This document shows, in pieces, positions 9,150-18,958 of a stretch of 45,883 bases of DNA. The stretch spans positions 1-45,883 of the forward strand of contig CBDUFN010000001.1 in the NCBI GenBank assembly GCA_965366475.1, written 5' to 3'. Position 1 is the first letter of the stretch. The number at the start of each line of letters is the position of its first letter. The notes beneath the pieces were generated by a model. The model was not told the DNA's origin. It did not search any database and was given only the letters and a program-made list of their open reading frames with translations. Source of the stretch: an uncultured bacterium (lineage in GTDB: Bacteria; Desulfobacterota; Desulfuromonadia; Desulfuromonadales; BM103). The translations under genes were made by a program, and so were the position numbers.

Positions 9150-9989
9150 ATGAAATTCGTTAAAATGCACGGTGCTGGCAACGACTACGTCTATGTTGAC
9201 TGCTTCAGGCAAACCATAGAAGACCCAGAAAGCTTCGCAAGAGAGATTAGCGATCGAAATTTTGGCGTCGGTGGCGATGGTTTGATTCTGATCGAACCTT
9301 CAAAAAAAGCTGATGTGAAAATGCGTATGTACAATGCTGACGGCAGCGAAGCCGAGATGTGTGGCAACGGCGTCCGCTGTGTCGCCAAATATGCCTTTGA
9401 TCATGGCCTGGTTGATCGCACCGAAATTTCCATCGAAACGGGAGCAGGGGTTCTGCCGCTGACAATGTATCCCAACGAGCACGAGCACATCGACAAAGTT
9501 CGGGTGAATATGGGGCCACCACGGCTATCACGGGGCGATTTGCCAATGCTTGGCCCGGCGCAGGAACAGATCATCAACATGGAGTTGGAGATCCTTGACC
9601 GCACCTTTGAAATCACCTGTGTCTCTATGGGCAACCCTCACTGTGTCATCTATGTTGACGATGTCATTAATTTCCCCGTAAAACGTTACGGCTACGCAAT
9701 TGAGAATCATGACCTTTTTCCGCGACGAATCAATGTCGAATTTGTTGAGATTATTTCTCCAAACGAAGTCCGTCAACGCACCTGGGAACGAGGGGCGGGT
9801 GAAACTCTCGCCTGCGGAACCGGCTCATCGGCCGTCACAGTGGCAGGAGTCTTGACTGGTCGAACCAAAGGGAGCCTGCTTAATCACCTCACCGGTGGCG
9901 ACCTGGAAATGGAATGGGACGGTAAAGGCGATGTCTTTATGACCGGCCCGGCAGTAGAAGTCTTTAGCGGCGAATACATCCCCAAGTAA
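9150..9989 (+). CDS. dapF: Diaminopimelate epimerase
   Basis: KMHGAGND, NADGSEAEMCGNG, SMGNPH, ERGAGETLACGTG; upstream TTGTGG-N17-TATAAT (9083-9111). Confidence 0.97.
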   Translation: MKFVKMHGAGNDYVYVDCFRQTIEDPESFAREISDRNFGVGGDGLILIEPSKKADVKMRMYNADGSEAEMCGNGVRCVAKYAFDHGLVDRTEISIETGAGVLPLTMYPNEHEHIDKVRVNMGPPRLSRGDLPMLGPAQEQIINMELEILDRTFEITCVSMGNPHCVIYVDDVINFPVKRYGYAIENHDLFPRRINVEFVEIISPNEVRQRTWERGAGETLACGTGSSAVTVAGVLTGRTKGSLLNHLTGGDLEMEWDGKGDVFMTGPAVEVFSGEYIPK

Positions 9990-10064
9990 GAAAGGCAATT
10001 CACCACCTAGGCCAAAGAGAAGCCAAAGCACACTTTCGAAAGGTCTTCGGTGGTAGAAACAAAT

Positions 10065-10703
10065 ATGGACGTTCTGTTATTTGATCTCGACAACACTCTT
10101 TACCCTGCAGAGAAGCAACTCTTCAATCTCATCGATGTGCGCATTAACCGTTACATGACTGAGATCGTTGGTATTCCTGCACCTCAGGTTGACGCTCTAC
10201 GACGTGAATACTGGCGCCTTTATGGTGTCACTCTACAAGGTTTGATCCGGCACCACGCGGTTGACCCGGAAGATTACCTCCACTATGTTCACGATATTGA
10301 CGTGACCTCACGACTCACTCCCGATCTGCCCCTGCGTGAAGTTTTAAACAAGCTACCGCAACGAAAAGCGGTCTTCACAAATGGGTCTGTCTGCCACGCA
10401 GATCGAGTTCTTTCTGCCTTGGGTATTGAAGACATGTTCGAGAAAATCTACGATATTCGAGTCGCCGCCTACCAACCCAAACCATATCCGGAGCCTTACC
10501 ATGCTGTCCTTGAAGAGATGGACGCAAGGGCTGATCAATGCATTATGATCGAAGACTCGCGTGACAATCTGCAGACCGCCAAGAATCTCGGTATGGGTAC
10601 GATTTTAGTTGGGGACGGACAAAAGCCAGACTTCGTTGATGTCCATCTAAACAATGCCCGGCAGGTTGATTCCGGCTTGAGCTTCTGGGAAAAAGCCTCA
10701 TGA
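10065..10703 (+). CDS. HAD-family pyrimidine 5'-nucleotidase
   Basis: FDLDNTLY, FTNG, KPYP and IEDSRDNL motifs. Confidence 0.9.
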   Translation: MDVLLFDLDNTLYPAEKQLFNLIDVRINRYMTEIVGIPAPQVDALRREYWRLYGVTLQGLIRHHAVDPEDYLHYVHDIDVTSRLTPDLPLREVLNKLPQRKAVFTNGSVCHADRVLSALGIEDMFEKIYDIRVAAYQPKPYPEPYHAVLEEMDARADQCIMIEDSRDNLQTAKNLGMGTILVGDGQKPDFVDVHLNNARQVDSGLSFWEKAS

Positions 10704-11554
10704 CCCACTTACTCGGCGCACACGTCTCCGTTGCCGGTGGCCTGAAAAACGCTTTTGAACGCGGTCTGGACAGTCACTGTTCAGCGCTACAGATATTTAC
10801 CAAAAACGCCAACAGATGGCAGGCTAAACCCATTTCCGACCAAGAAGCTTCAGCCTTTCGACTCGCTTGGGAAGAAAGTGGTATCGGACCGGTCATTGCC
10901 CACGATGCCTACCTGATCAATCTGGCTTCACCAAAAGACGACGTCTGGGAGAAATCGAAAGCCGCATTGCTCGATGAGCTAATGCGCTGTGCACAGCTCG
11001 GCGTACAGGGCCTGGTGATGCATCCTGGCGCCCATCTGGGCACCGGTGTACAAGCGGGAATTGAACGCATCAGAGAGGCCTTTCACGATCTGCTGCCAAA
11101 GGCTCCAAGCGAGGTCCGTATCTTGCTGGAAAACACTGCAGGCCAGGGCAGTTACCTCGGTGGCGACTTTGCCCATCTGGGAGCACTCATGGACGGTTTT
11201 GACGAAAACCGTTTCGGCGTTTGCCTTGACACCTGCCACGCCCACTCTGCAGGCTATGACCTCTCCAGCGCCGAAGGCTACACTCACGCCATGAATGAAT
11301 TCGAAAAACTTGTCGGACTCGACCAGATCAAGGCGTTTCATCTCAACGATAGCCTGAAACCATGTGGCAGCAAAGTAGACCGCCACGCCCATATTGGACA
11401 GGGCACCATCGGCCGAACTGGCTTTGCCTGTTTAATGCAGGACCCACGATTCACAGAAGTCCCCATGGTTCTGGAAACACCCAAAGGGGATAATGACGAC
11501 ATGGATCGCGTAAACTTGGCACTGTTGCGGGAACTCGCCGGGGAACTGTCTTGA
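10700..11554 (+). CDS. nfo: Endonuclease IV
   Basis: [47 protein letters not shown]. Confidence 0.96.
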   Translation: MTHLLGAHVSVAGGLKNAFERGLDSHCSALQIFTKNANRWQAKPISDQEASAFRLAWEESGIGPVIAHDAYLINLASPKDDVWEKSKAALLDELMRCAQLGVQGLVMHPGAHLGTGVQAGIERIREAFHDLLPKAPSEVRILLENTAGQGSYLGGDFAHLGALMDGFDENRFGVCLDTCHAHSAGYDLSSAEGYTHAMNEFEKLVGLDQIKAFHLNDSLKPCGSKVDRHAHIGQGTIGRTGFACLMQDPRFTEVPMVLETPKGDNDDMDRVNLALLRELAGELS

Positions 11555-12000
11555 GGGCTGTCGTCCAGAGGGTCAAAGAAGCATCTGTCGTCGTTGACAG
11601 CAAAACTGTCGGAGAGATAAGCCAGGGACTGATGGTGCTTCTCGGCGTCGCACAAGGAGACACGTCTCAGGACACAGTCTACCTTGCTGAGAAAACCGCC
11701 GGCCTGAGAATTTTTGAAGACAGCGAAGGCAAGATGAACCGATCCGTCGAAGATATCAACGGCAGTATTCTGGTCGTCTCTCAATTCACCTTACTCGGTG
11801 ACTGCCGAAAAGGAAGACGTCCTGGGTTTAGCGCTGCAGCTCAACCCGAACTAGCAGATCAACTTTACGAAGAGTATGTTGACGCACTGCGTAACCGAGG
11901 CGTGCACGTTGCCACCGGAGTATTCAGAGCCGACATGCAGGTCGCTCTTGTTAATGATGGCCCAGTAACCATGCTGCTCGACAGCCGAAAGCAATTCTGA
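11551..12000 (+). CDS. dtd: D-aminoacyl-tRNA deacylase
   Basis: RAVVQRV, SQFTL, NDGPVT; TTG start overlapping the nfo stop. Confidence 0.96.
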   Translation: MRAVVQRVKEASVVVDSKTVGEISQGLMVLLGVAQGDTSQDTVYLAEKTAGLRIFEDSEGKMNRSVEDINGSILVVSQFTLLGDCRKGRRPGFSAAAQPELADQLYEEYVDALRNRGVHVATGVFRADMQVALVNDGPVTMLLDSRKQF

Positions 12001-12509
12001 TGCAAAGACATGATGAAGAAATCCGTTCCGAAGGTCGTGGTCGTACCGCAAAAAAACGTGAAGCCAAAGCCGTTGAAGAATTGGCACAACGACTGACTGA
12101 AATCACCGACTCAGCACTCTCCAAACTTCCGAAGAGCCCTGAGCTAACAAAAGAGATCGAACTGGCCAGAAACACCCGAGGTCATAGCTCACGGAAACGT
12201 CAAATCAAACATTTAGCGGGCGTGTTGCGAAGCAACGAAGAGCAACGCGAAGAGATCCTGACGGCCCTCGATGGGCACTCCGTCAGTCAGCGCCAGGAAA
12301 ATCTCGTTTTCCACCATCTGGAAGAACTTCGTGATCGCCTCTGCGCAACAGACACCTTTGAGGCCGCATTAACAGAAGTTCGCACCACCTACCCACACAT
12401 TGACGATAGCAAACTTGCAAGGTTGGCCGGCTCGTTTCATGAGTACAATGACAAAAAAGCCGCCCGAGAAATTTTCCGACGGTTGCGTAAAGCAGCTGAA
12501 GAAGGGTAA
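12000..12509 (+). CDS. yjgA: Ribosome-associated protein YjgA/DarP (DUF615)
   Basis: RTAKKRE, RKRQIKHL, HHLEELRDRL and AAREIFR motifs. Confidence 0.85.
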   Translation: MQRHDEEIRSEGRGRTAKKREAKAVEELAQRLTEITDSALSKLPKSPELTKEIELARNTRGHSSRKRQIKHLAGVLRSNEEQREEILTALDGHSVSQRQENLVFHHLEELRDRLCATDTFEAALTEVRTTYPHIDDSKLARLAGSFHEYNDKKAAREIFRRLRKAAEEG

Positions 12510-12547
12510 GCCTTGGGTTTTCTTTTCAAAGCTTAAGATTTGAACGC

Positions 12548-12581
12548 AAAGAGGCCCGACATATGAATGTCGGGCCTCTTT
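12548..12581. terminator. Bidirectional intrinsic terminator
   Basis: Perfect 15-bp stem AAAGAGGCCCGACAT-atga-ATGTCGGGCCTCTTT between convergent yjgA and trxA. Confidence 0.88.
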
Positions 12582-12604
12582 AATTGTTGTGGGGAAAAAG
12601 TCTC

Positions 12605-12934
12605 TTACAGAGCCTTTTTCAACAACCCTTCCAACTGATTCTTCGGTACGGCACCCACGACCTGATCAAAGACCTTGCCATCTTTGAATAGAATCAGAGT
12701 AGGAATACCGCGCACGCCAAACTGACCAGGAGTTGCAGGATTTTCATCAACATTCACCTTGCAGATTTTAACCTGACCGTCAAACTCTTCCGCCAATTGA
12801 TCGACAAGCGGGCTGATTGCTTTGCACGGTGCACACCAGGAAGCCCAAAAATCGACGAGAACAGGAACAGATGACTGGGTAACTTCACTCTCAAAAGAAT
12901 CATCCGTTACCTGAACGACTTTATCACTAGACAT
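12605..12934 (-). CDS. trxA: Thioredoxin
   Basis: VDFWASWCAPC active site, RGIPTL; AAGGAG SD. Confidence 0.96.
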   Translation of the reverse strand: MSSDKVVQVTDDSFESEVTQSSVPVLVDFWASWCAPCKAISPLVDQLAEEFDGQVKICKVNVDENPATPGQFGVRGIPTLILFKDGKVFDQVVGAVPKNQLEGLLKKAL

Positions 12935-13045
12935 AAGATTTTCTCCTTATTGATTGGATCTCTAAAACATTCAATTTTCATAATAATCGTCTTGAGCAAA
13001 AAATCAAGAGATTATCCATTCTGGTGCCCTGAAAATCCTCAACTC

Positions 13046-13074
13046 TTGACACTTCTCATTCTGCCACCTAAGAT
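13046..13074 (+). promoter_or_regulatory. sigma70-type promoter of the SIS-domain gene
   Basis: TTGACA-N17-TAAGAT, 28 nt before ATG 13103. Confidence 0.65.
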
Positions 13075-13102
13075 GACCGCAATTCACTCTAACGAGGCAC
13101 GC

Positions 13103-13678
13103 ATGACTCAGGATAAAATCAGCGCAGCGGTCGCACAACAGAAGGTTCTGCTTGACCCTTTTTTACTTAACCAAAAAGATCTGTTAAGCAATCTGGCGGA
13201 GCATCTGGTGGATACCTTTCATCAGAGTGGCCGGCTTTTTCTGATTGGCAGCGGCCCCTTCGGAGCCATCGCGGGAGTCATCGGCCAAACTTTTTTGCAT
13301 CGGCAGACCTTGGAACGACCGGCTCTTCCAGCTATTTCCTTGAGCAATGATGTTGGTTTGGCGACATTTTTATCTGGTGATGAGCAAGGTAGCCAACTCT
13401 TCAGTCGCCAACTGCGGGCGCTGGCCACCGACCAGGACACAGTACTTGTTCTCGCGGGCACCAACTTGAGCACTGCTGACCGTGAAGCGCTCAAAACCGC
13501 CCAGCAGATTGGCTGCCGCACTATTTTGATCGCCAGTGAACAGGCAGAAATCGCTGATTTTTTACCGGACACCAGCCTCGCCATTCCCAGTGACGTCCTG
13601 CCGCGTCTACTCGAAAGCACTCTCTTCATAGGCAATCTTCTCTGCACCCTGGTTGAGGGCGAGCTCTTCGGCATCTAA
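13103..13678 (+). CDS. SIS-domain protein, degenerate GmhA/DiaA-like
   Basis: ERPALPAISL and FSRQLRAL resemble GmhA; start moved to ATG 13103 (GAGG SD, promoter just upstream). Confidence 0.8.
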   Translation: MTQDKISAAVAQQKVLLDPFLLNQKDLLSNLAEHLVDTFHQSGRLFLIGSGPFGAIAGVIGQTFLHRQTLERPALPAISLSNDVGLATFLSGDEQGSQLFSRQLRALATDQDTVLVLAGTNLSTADREALKTAQQIGCRTILIASEQAEIADFLPDTSLAIPSDVLPRLLESTLFIGNLLCTLVEGELFGI

Positions 13679-13760
13679 CCCTTCGCAAACGACTCTCACA
13701 TCATTTTTGTTTTTGCAAAGTCAAAGAAATCAGAATTATTTGCCTTACATCGACAAGGAA

Positions 13761-13790
13761 TTGACAGACAAACCCCAAAAAACGTATTCT
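13761..13790 (+). promoter_or_regulatory. sigma70-type promoter of the ccsA-hem operon
   Basis: TTGACA-N18-TATTCT about 150 nt upstream of ccsA. Confidence 0.6.
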
Positions 13791-13938
13791 TATAGGGTTT
13801 TGATATGTCATCAAAAGTGGGCCAGACAAAGTGTCTCGTCCTAAGGATCATTCAGCTGAAATTAACTGCTAGCTGACCGCCGTTTACGACAAAGCTTTTT
13901 ATCGTAAAACTCAGGGCCGGTATTCGAGACGTTTCATC

Positions 13939-14775
13939 ATGACTGCAAACTTGCTGCTCTTCAAAATCACCTTATTGGCCTACTTTGTAGCCACTATCTG
14001 CTATCTGATCGGTGTGATCTCACGCAAGGACGGTTTTCGACAGAAGGCCGTCTGGATTCTGATCGGCGGCTTCGTTCTGCATTGTGTCACCATCGGTGTC
14101 CGTTGGGCTTCAACCGGTTCAACACCGGTTGCGAGTCTTCACGAATCACTGTCCTTTTTCGCCTGGGCGTTGGTTGGCACCTACCTACTCTTCTATCTGC
14201 GCTATCGCACCGTCATGCTTGGAGCCTTTATCACTCCGCTGGCGCTGGTCATGATGATCATCGGCACAACAGAATCTGCGCAAGCACCCTCGCTTAACCC
14301 AATGCTCGATAGCTGGTGGTTCCCTGTACACGTTACCCTGGCCTTTCTTGGTCATGCAGTCTTTGCAATTGCGGCTGCAGCCGGCATCATGTATCTGCTG
14401 CAGGAACGCATGCTGAAAAGCAAAAAATTCTCAGGTCTCTTTTACCGTCTGCCGTCCCTCGACACGCTCGACAGCATGAACTACAAGTGCCTGACCTTTG
14501 GCTTCCCGCTGATGACCATGGGCATTATTTCTGGCGCCATCTGGGCCAACTCGGCCTGGGGCGGCTACTGGCGCTGGGACCCCAAGGAAACCTGGGCACT
14601 TATTACCTGGTTCATTTATGCCGCTCTCCTGCATGGTCGACTCACCATCGGCTGGCGTGGCCGCCGGGCAGCGATTGTTGCCATCATCGGCTTCGGCTTA
14701 CTGCTCTTCACATTCTTTGGCGTCAACCTGTTCCTCTCCGGGGAACACAGCTTCCGTAACTTTACGGGGCAATAG
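13939..14775 (+). CDS. ccsA: Cytochrome c biogenesis protein, system II WWD domain (CcsA/ResC, HemX-like position)
   Basis: Multiple TM helices, [16 protein letters not shown] motif, conserved His residues. Confidence 0.9.
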   Translation: MTANLLLFKITLLAYFVATICYLIGVISRKDGFRQKAVWILIGGFVLHCVTIGVRWASTGSTPVASLHESLSFFAWALVGTYLLFYLRYRTVMLGAFITPLALVMMIIGTTESAQAPSLNPMLDSWWFPVHVTLAFLGHAVFAIAAAAGIMYLLQERMLKSKKFSGLFYRLPSLDTLDSMNYKCLTFGFPLMTMGIISGAIWANSAWGGYWRWDPKETWALITWFIYAALLHGRLTIGWRGRRAAIVAIIGFGLLLFTFFGVNLFLSGEHSFRNFTGQ

Positions 14776-14798
14776 AGAAAGACGGAGAGGAATACGCC

Positions 14799-16115
14799 AT
14801 GCATATTGTCATAGTCGGGCTGAGCCACAAAACAGCACCGGTAGAAATTCGAGAAAAACTCGCCTTTGCTCCAACCGCTATGGAGCGACCGCTGCAACAA
14901 ATGCTCAAGCTACCAACGATCGCCGAAGGGCTGATTGTTTCAACCTGCAACAGAGTTGAGCTTTGCGCCGTCACAAAAGAACCGGACGCAGCTACCGCAG
15001 CACTGAAACGCTTTCTGGCCGAATATCACGAAATATCTCCTGAGGAGATCAGCGAAAGTCTTTTCTATTATCAGGGTGAGGAGGCGATTCGTCATCTCTT
15101 CCGCGTTTCTTCAAGCCTCGACTCAATGGTTCTGGGCGAGCCACAAATTCTTGGCCAGATCAAAACAGCCTACGGGTACGCTGCCGAATTCAAAACCGCC
15201 GGGTTGATTCTCAATCGTTTCCTGCATAAAGCTTTCTCAGTGGCCAAACGCGTTCGTACAGAAACAGCCATTGCCAGCAATGCCGTTTCAGTCTCCTTCG
15301 CCGCCGTAGAACTGGCCCGCAAAATCTTTGACCGCCTCGACAACAAGGGCGTCATGATCATCGGTGCCGGTGAGATGTGTGAGTTGGCTGCACGACACTT
15401 TGTTAACAACGGTATTTCTAAAGTGCTGGTCACCAACCGGACCTTCGAAAGAGCAGAGACGCTAGCAACAGAATTTAATGGCAAAGCAGTGCCTTTCGAC
15501 AGTTTTATAGACCACCTGGCCGAAGTCGATATCGTGATGACTTCAACTGGGGCGCCAAATTTCATCCTCGGCAAGCGTCAGATGGAAGAAGTTCTCAAAC
15601 GGCGCAAAAACAAACCGATGTTCCTGATTGATATTGCGGTGCCTCGTGACATAGACCCCAAGGTCAACAGTCTTGACAATACATACCTCTACGATGTCGA
15701 CGATCTCCAGGGAGTCGTTCAGGCCAACCTCAAAGAGCGCAAGAAAGAGGCCAGTAAAGCCGAAGCCATCGTCGAACAGGAGATTGGTCAGTTCCATCAG
15801 TGGCTTGGCAATCTTGAAGTTAAGCCCACGGTTGTGGCTCTGCGCCGCAAGTTCGAAGACATTCGCAAGCAGGAGTTGGAAAAGACTTTCGGCAATCTCA
15901 AGGATCTTTCCTCCAAGCAACGCAAAAGCATCGAGGCGATGACAGGTGCAATCATTAACAAGGTATTGCACCAGCCAACAGCAGTTCTAAAAAATTCTCA
16001 GAATGATGTGAGCGGAGAAGACTACGTCGATGCAGTCAGAACTCTCTTCGACCTACCCGCTCCAGTAAATGACGATAAAGAAATTAAACCTCTGGATGAT
16101 TCAGATCAGGAATAA
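14799..16115 (+). CDS. hemA: Glutamyl-tRNA reductase
   Basis: [36 protein letters not shown]. Confidence 0.97.
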   Translation: MHIVIVGLSHKTAPVEIREKLAFAPTAMERPLQQMLKLPTIAEGLIVSTCNRVELCAVTKEPDAATAALKRFLAEYHEISPEEISESLFYYQGEEAIRHLFRVSSSLDSMVLGEPQILGQIKTAYGYAAEFKTAGLILNRFLHKAFSVAKRVRTETAIASNAVSVSFAAVELARKIFDRLDNKGVMIIGAGEMCELAARHFVNNGISKVLVTNRTFERAETLATEFNGKAVPFDSFIDHLAEVDIVMTSTGAPNFILGKRQMEEVLKRRKNKPMFLIDIAVPRDIDPKVNSLDNTYLYDVDDLQGVVQANLKERKKEASKAEAIVEQEIGQFHQWLGNLEVKPTVVALRRKFEDIRKQELEKTFGNLKDLSSKQRKSIEAMTGAIINKVLHQPTAVLKNSQNDVSGEDYVDAVRTLFDLPAPVNDDKEIKPLDDSDQE

Positions 16116-16129
16116 AGGAGTTTCTTAAG

Positions 16130-17092
16130 ATGGCTAAACAACAAATGCGTATTGGCACCCGCGCCAGTGCACTGGCACTATGGCAAGCAGAATGGGTTAA
16201 ATCCGAACTTGAAAAGCGTTATCCGGAGATGGAGGTCACCCTGACCAAGATCAAGACCCAGGGCGACAAAATCCTTGATGTACCCCTGGCCATGGTCGGC
16301 GGCAAAGGTCTCTTCGTCAAAGAGATTGAAGAAGCTATGCTGCGTGGTGAAATCGATATTGCCGTACATTCGATGAAGGACGTGCCGACGATCTTCCCTG
16401 AAGGTTTGTCCTTGCGCTGCATCACCGAGCGCGAAGACTGTCGCGACATTGTCATCTTGCGCCCCGGTGTAAAAACCTGGAAAGATCTTCCTCAGGGAGC
16501 GCGAATCGGAACCAGCGCTTTGCGGCGCAAAGCGCAACTTCTTCACATCAGGCCTGACCTGAAAATGGTCGATATCCGCGGTAACGTTCAGACCCGGATC
16601 AAAAAACTCACCGAAGAAGACCTTGATGCTATCATCCTTGCTGCAGCAGGCATGCATCGCCTCGGCTATACCAAGCAGATCGGGGAATACCTCTCGGTCG
16701 AGGTTTCTATTCCGGCCATAGGTCAAGGAGCTCTCGGCATTGAGAGTCGCATAGATGATGATGAGATTAATTCACTGATTGACTTCTTCAATCATCCGGA
16801 ATCAGATTGGGCCGTTCGTGCCGAACGAGCATTCCTCAAACGCCTCGAGGGTGGCTGCCAGGTACCCATTGCCTGCCACGGTACCGTTGAAGGAGAGACT
16901 TTAACCTTGACCGGTTTCGTTTCCGATTGTGAAGGCGTGCAGTGCTTGAAGAAAACTATCTCCGGTTCTGTTCACGATGCTGAAAAGATGGGATCATCCC
17001 TCGGAGACGATCTGCTCCTGCAAGGCGCCGGAAAAATTCTTAATGAAGTCTACCAGCACGAGACGTTCAATGTTGACAAAGAGGACGTCTGA
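16130..17092 (+). CDS. hemC: Hydroxymethylbilane synthase (porphobilinogen deaminase)
   Basis: GTRASALA, GKGLFVKEIE, AVHSMKD, RGNVQTR, EGGCQVP. Confidence 0.97.
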   Translation: MAKQQMRIGTRASALALWQAEWVKSELEKRYPEMEVTLTKIKTQGDKILDVPLAMVGGKGLFVKEIEEAMLRGEIDIAVHSMKDVPTIFPEGLSLRCITEREDCRDIVILRPGVKTWKDLPQGARIGTSALRRKAQLLHIRPDLKMVDIRGNVQTRIKKLTEEDLDAIILAAAGMHRLGYTKQIGEYLSVEVSIPAIGQGALGIESRIDDDEINSLIDFFNHPESDWAVRAERAFLKRLEGGCQVPIACHGTVEGETLTLTGFVSDCEGVQCLKKTISGSVHDAEKMGSSLGDDLLLQGAGKILNEVYQHETFNVDKEDV

Positions 17093-17864
17093 ACAAAGAT
17101 CAAATACGGGACATCGGGTATTGGTCACCCGTGCGGGTGACCAGGCAACAGCACTCTCGACGTCACTGAAAAAAATCGGGGTCGAGGCCGTTACGGTATC
17201 AACCATTGAGATCATTCCGCCCCCCTCTTTCGACGCACTTGATCAGGCCATTTCTGACCTCAATCAGTTTGACTTCCTGATCTTGACCTCGGTCAATGCT
17301 GTCAAATATTTCTTTGAACGGCTGTCGCCGCAAAAGCTCTCAGCTCTCGCTTTATCCGACCTGAAGATTGTTGCTGTTGGTCCAAAAAGTGCTGAAGCTC
17401 TCGCCGAACGTGGCATTTCTGTTGACCTGATTCCAAAAGACTACCGTGCCGAGGGTATTGTTTCATTACTGAAGTCACAAGTATCAGGCAAGCGAATACT
17501 CTACCCAAAAGCGGCATTGGCTCGTGATCTGATCATCAATGAATTGACGAACGCTGGCGCAGACGTGATTGCACCAATCACTTACAGCAGCGCTCCACCC
17601 GCCGACGCCGCTCAAAAACTACAGGCTGCTATCAGTGAAGGGCTCGACCTGCTGACCTTTACCGCATCATCTACAGTGCAGAACTTTGTCGATCTTCTCG
17701 ACGATGCTCAGAGAGCTCAAGCCAGAAACATTCCGGTTGCATCGATAGGCCCTTTAACCACTGCAACCGCTAAAAAACTTGGTTTCAATGTCGTTGTGGA
17801 GCCTATGGATTCAACCCTCGACGACATGACCAAAGAGATCAAAAACTATTTCAAGAAGCTGTAA
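17070..17864 (+). CDS. hemD: Uroporphyrinogen-III synthase (stand-alone)
   Basis: VLVTR, LTSVNAV, AVGPKSA, FTASSTV, SIGPLT; exact start uncertain. Confidence 0.9.
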   Translation: MLTKRTSEQRSNTGHRVLVTRAGDQATALSTSLKKIGVEAVTVSTIEIIPPPSFDALDQAISDLNQFDFLILTSVNAVKYFFERLSPQKLSALALSDLKIVAVGPKSAEALAERGISVDLIPKDYRAEGIVSLLKSQVSGKRILYPKAALARDLIINELTNAGADVIAPITYSSAPPADAAQKLQAAISEGLDLLTFTASSTVQNFVDLLDDAQRAQARNIPVASIGPLTTATAKKLGFNVVVEPMDSTLDDMTKEIKNYFKKL

Positions 17865-17903
17865 CTTTTCTTTCCACTGGCCTTAGTAAACCGGAGGTTT
17901 TCC

Positions 17904-18875
17904 ATGTTTTTTCCAGAATTTCGCGCCCGTCGCCTACGCCGTAATGACACCATGCGTCGCATGGTTCGTGAGACCTTTCTTCGTCCAGACGACTTGATCT
18001 ATCCCATGTTTTCTGCTTTCGGCAAAGACATCAAGAAAGAGATCGTCTCTATGCCGGGCATCTACCAGCAATCGATTGAGCATATTGTAGCTGAGGCAAA
18101 AGAGGTTTTCGAACTTGGTATTCCCGCGGTCATTCTCTTCGGTATCCCGGAAGAAAAGGACGCTCTCGGTCAGGATGCTTATTCTGACACCGGCATCATT
18201 CAAGAAACAATTCGCGCCATCAAAGCGGAAGTTCCTGAGCTTCTGGTCATTACCGATGTCTGTATGTGCGAATACACAGACCATGGTCATTGTGGGGTAA
18301 TCAAGGATGGTGACGTTGACAATGATGAAACACTCAAGCTTCTTGCCGCAGAGGCCCTTTCTCATGCCCGCGCAGGCGCCGACATCGTAGCACCTTCGGA
18401 TATGATGGATGGTCGCGTCGCTGCGATCCGCGAAATTCTCGACGCCAATGATTTCACCCACATCCCGGTGATGAGCTATGCCGTCAAATATTCCAGTGCT
18501 TACTACGGGCCCTTCCGTGAAGCAGCAGAATCAACGCCACAGTTTGGAGACCGTCGCAGCTACCAGATGGACCCAGCCAATCGCATCGAGGCTTTCCGCG
18601 AAGCAGAACTCGACATTCAGGAATGTGCCGATTTCCTCATGGTTAAACCAGCACTTGCTTACCTCGACATCTTGCGTGACCTCAAAGAACGCTATAATCT
18701 CCCACTCGTGGCCTATAATGTCTCCGGTGAATACTCAATGATCAAGGCCGCAGCAGAGAAGGATTGGATCGACGGCGACCGTGTCATGATGGAAACCCTG
18801 GTCGGCATGAAGCGCGCTGGTGCGGATTTGATTATCACCTACCATGCTAAAGAAGCAGCAAAACTACTCAAATAG
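17904..18875 (+). CDS. hemB: Porphobilinogen synthase (ALA dehydratase), Zn-type
   Basis: [43 protein letters not shown]. Confidence 0.97.
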   Translation: MFFPEFRARRLRRNDTMRRMVRETFLRPDDLIYPMFSAFGKDIKKEIVSMPGIYQQSIEHIVAEAKEVFELGIPAVILFGIPEEKDALGQDAYSDTGIIQETIRAIKAEVPELLVITDVCMCEYTDHGHCGVIKDGDVDNDETLKLLAAEALSHARAGADIVAPSDMMDGRVAAIREILDANDFTHIPVMSYAVKYSSAYYGPFREAAESTPQFGDRRSYQMDPANRIEAFREAELDIQECADFLMVKPALAYLDILRDLKERYNLPLVAYNVSGEYSMIKAAAEKDWIDGDRVMMETLVGMKRAGADLIITYHAKEAAKLLK

Positions 18876-18880
18876 GAATC

Positions 18881-18957
18881 GCGAAGTGCGAGGCGAGTGG
18901 CGAAAAAGGGTTTTATACTCTTTCTCGCCTCGCATCTCTCACCGCGCACCTCACCTC
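18881..18957. repeat. Degenerate heptamer repeat arranged as an inverted-repeat hairpin
   Basis: Units tctcgcc/tcgcatc/tctcacc/gcgcacc/tcacctc (18923-18957); perfect 11-bp inverted repeat TGCGAGGCGAG (18887-97) / CTCGCCTCGCA (18924-34). Confidence 0.65.
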
Positions 18958-18958
18958 T

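Noticed and set aside
12950-13102. N-terminal extension of the SIS ORF in the track
   Set aside because: It covers the trxA/SIS divergent promoter region; a promoter and SD support ATG 13103
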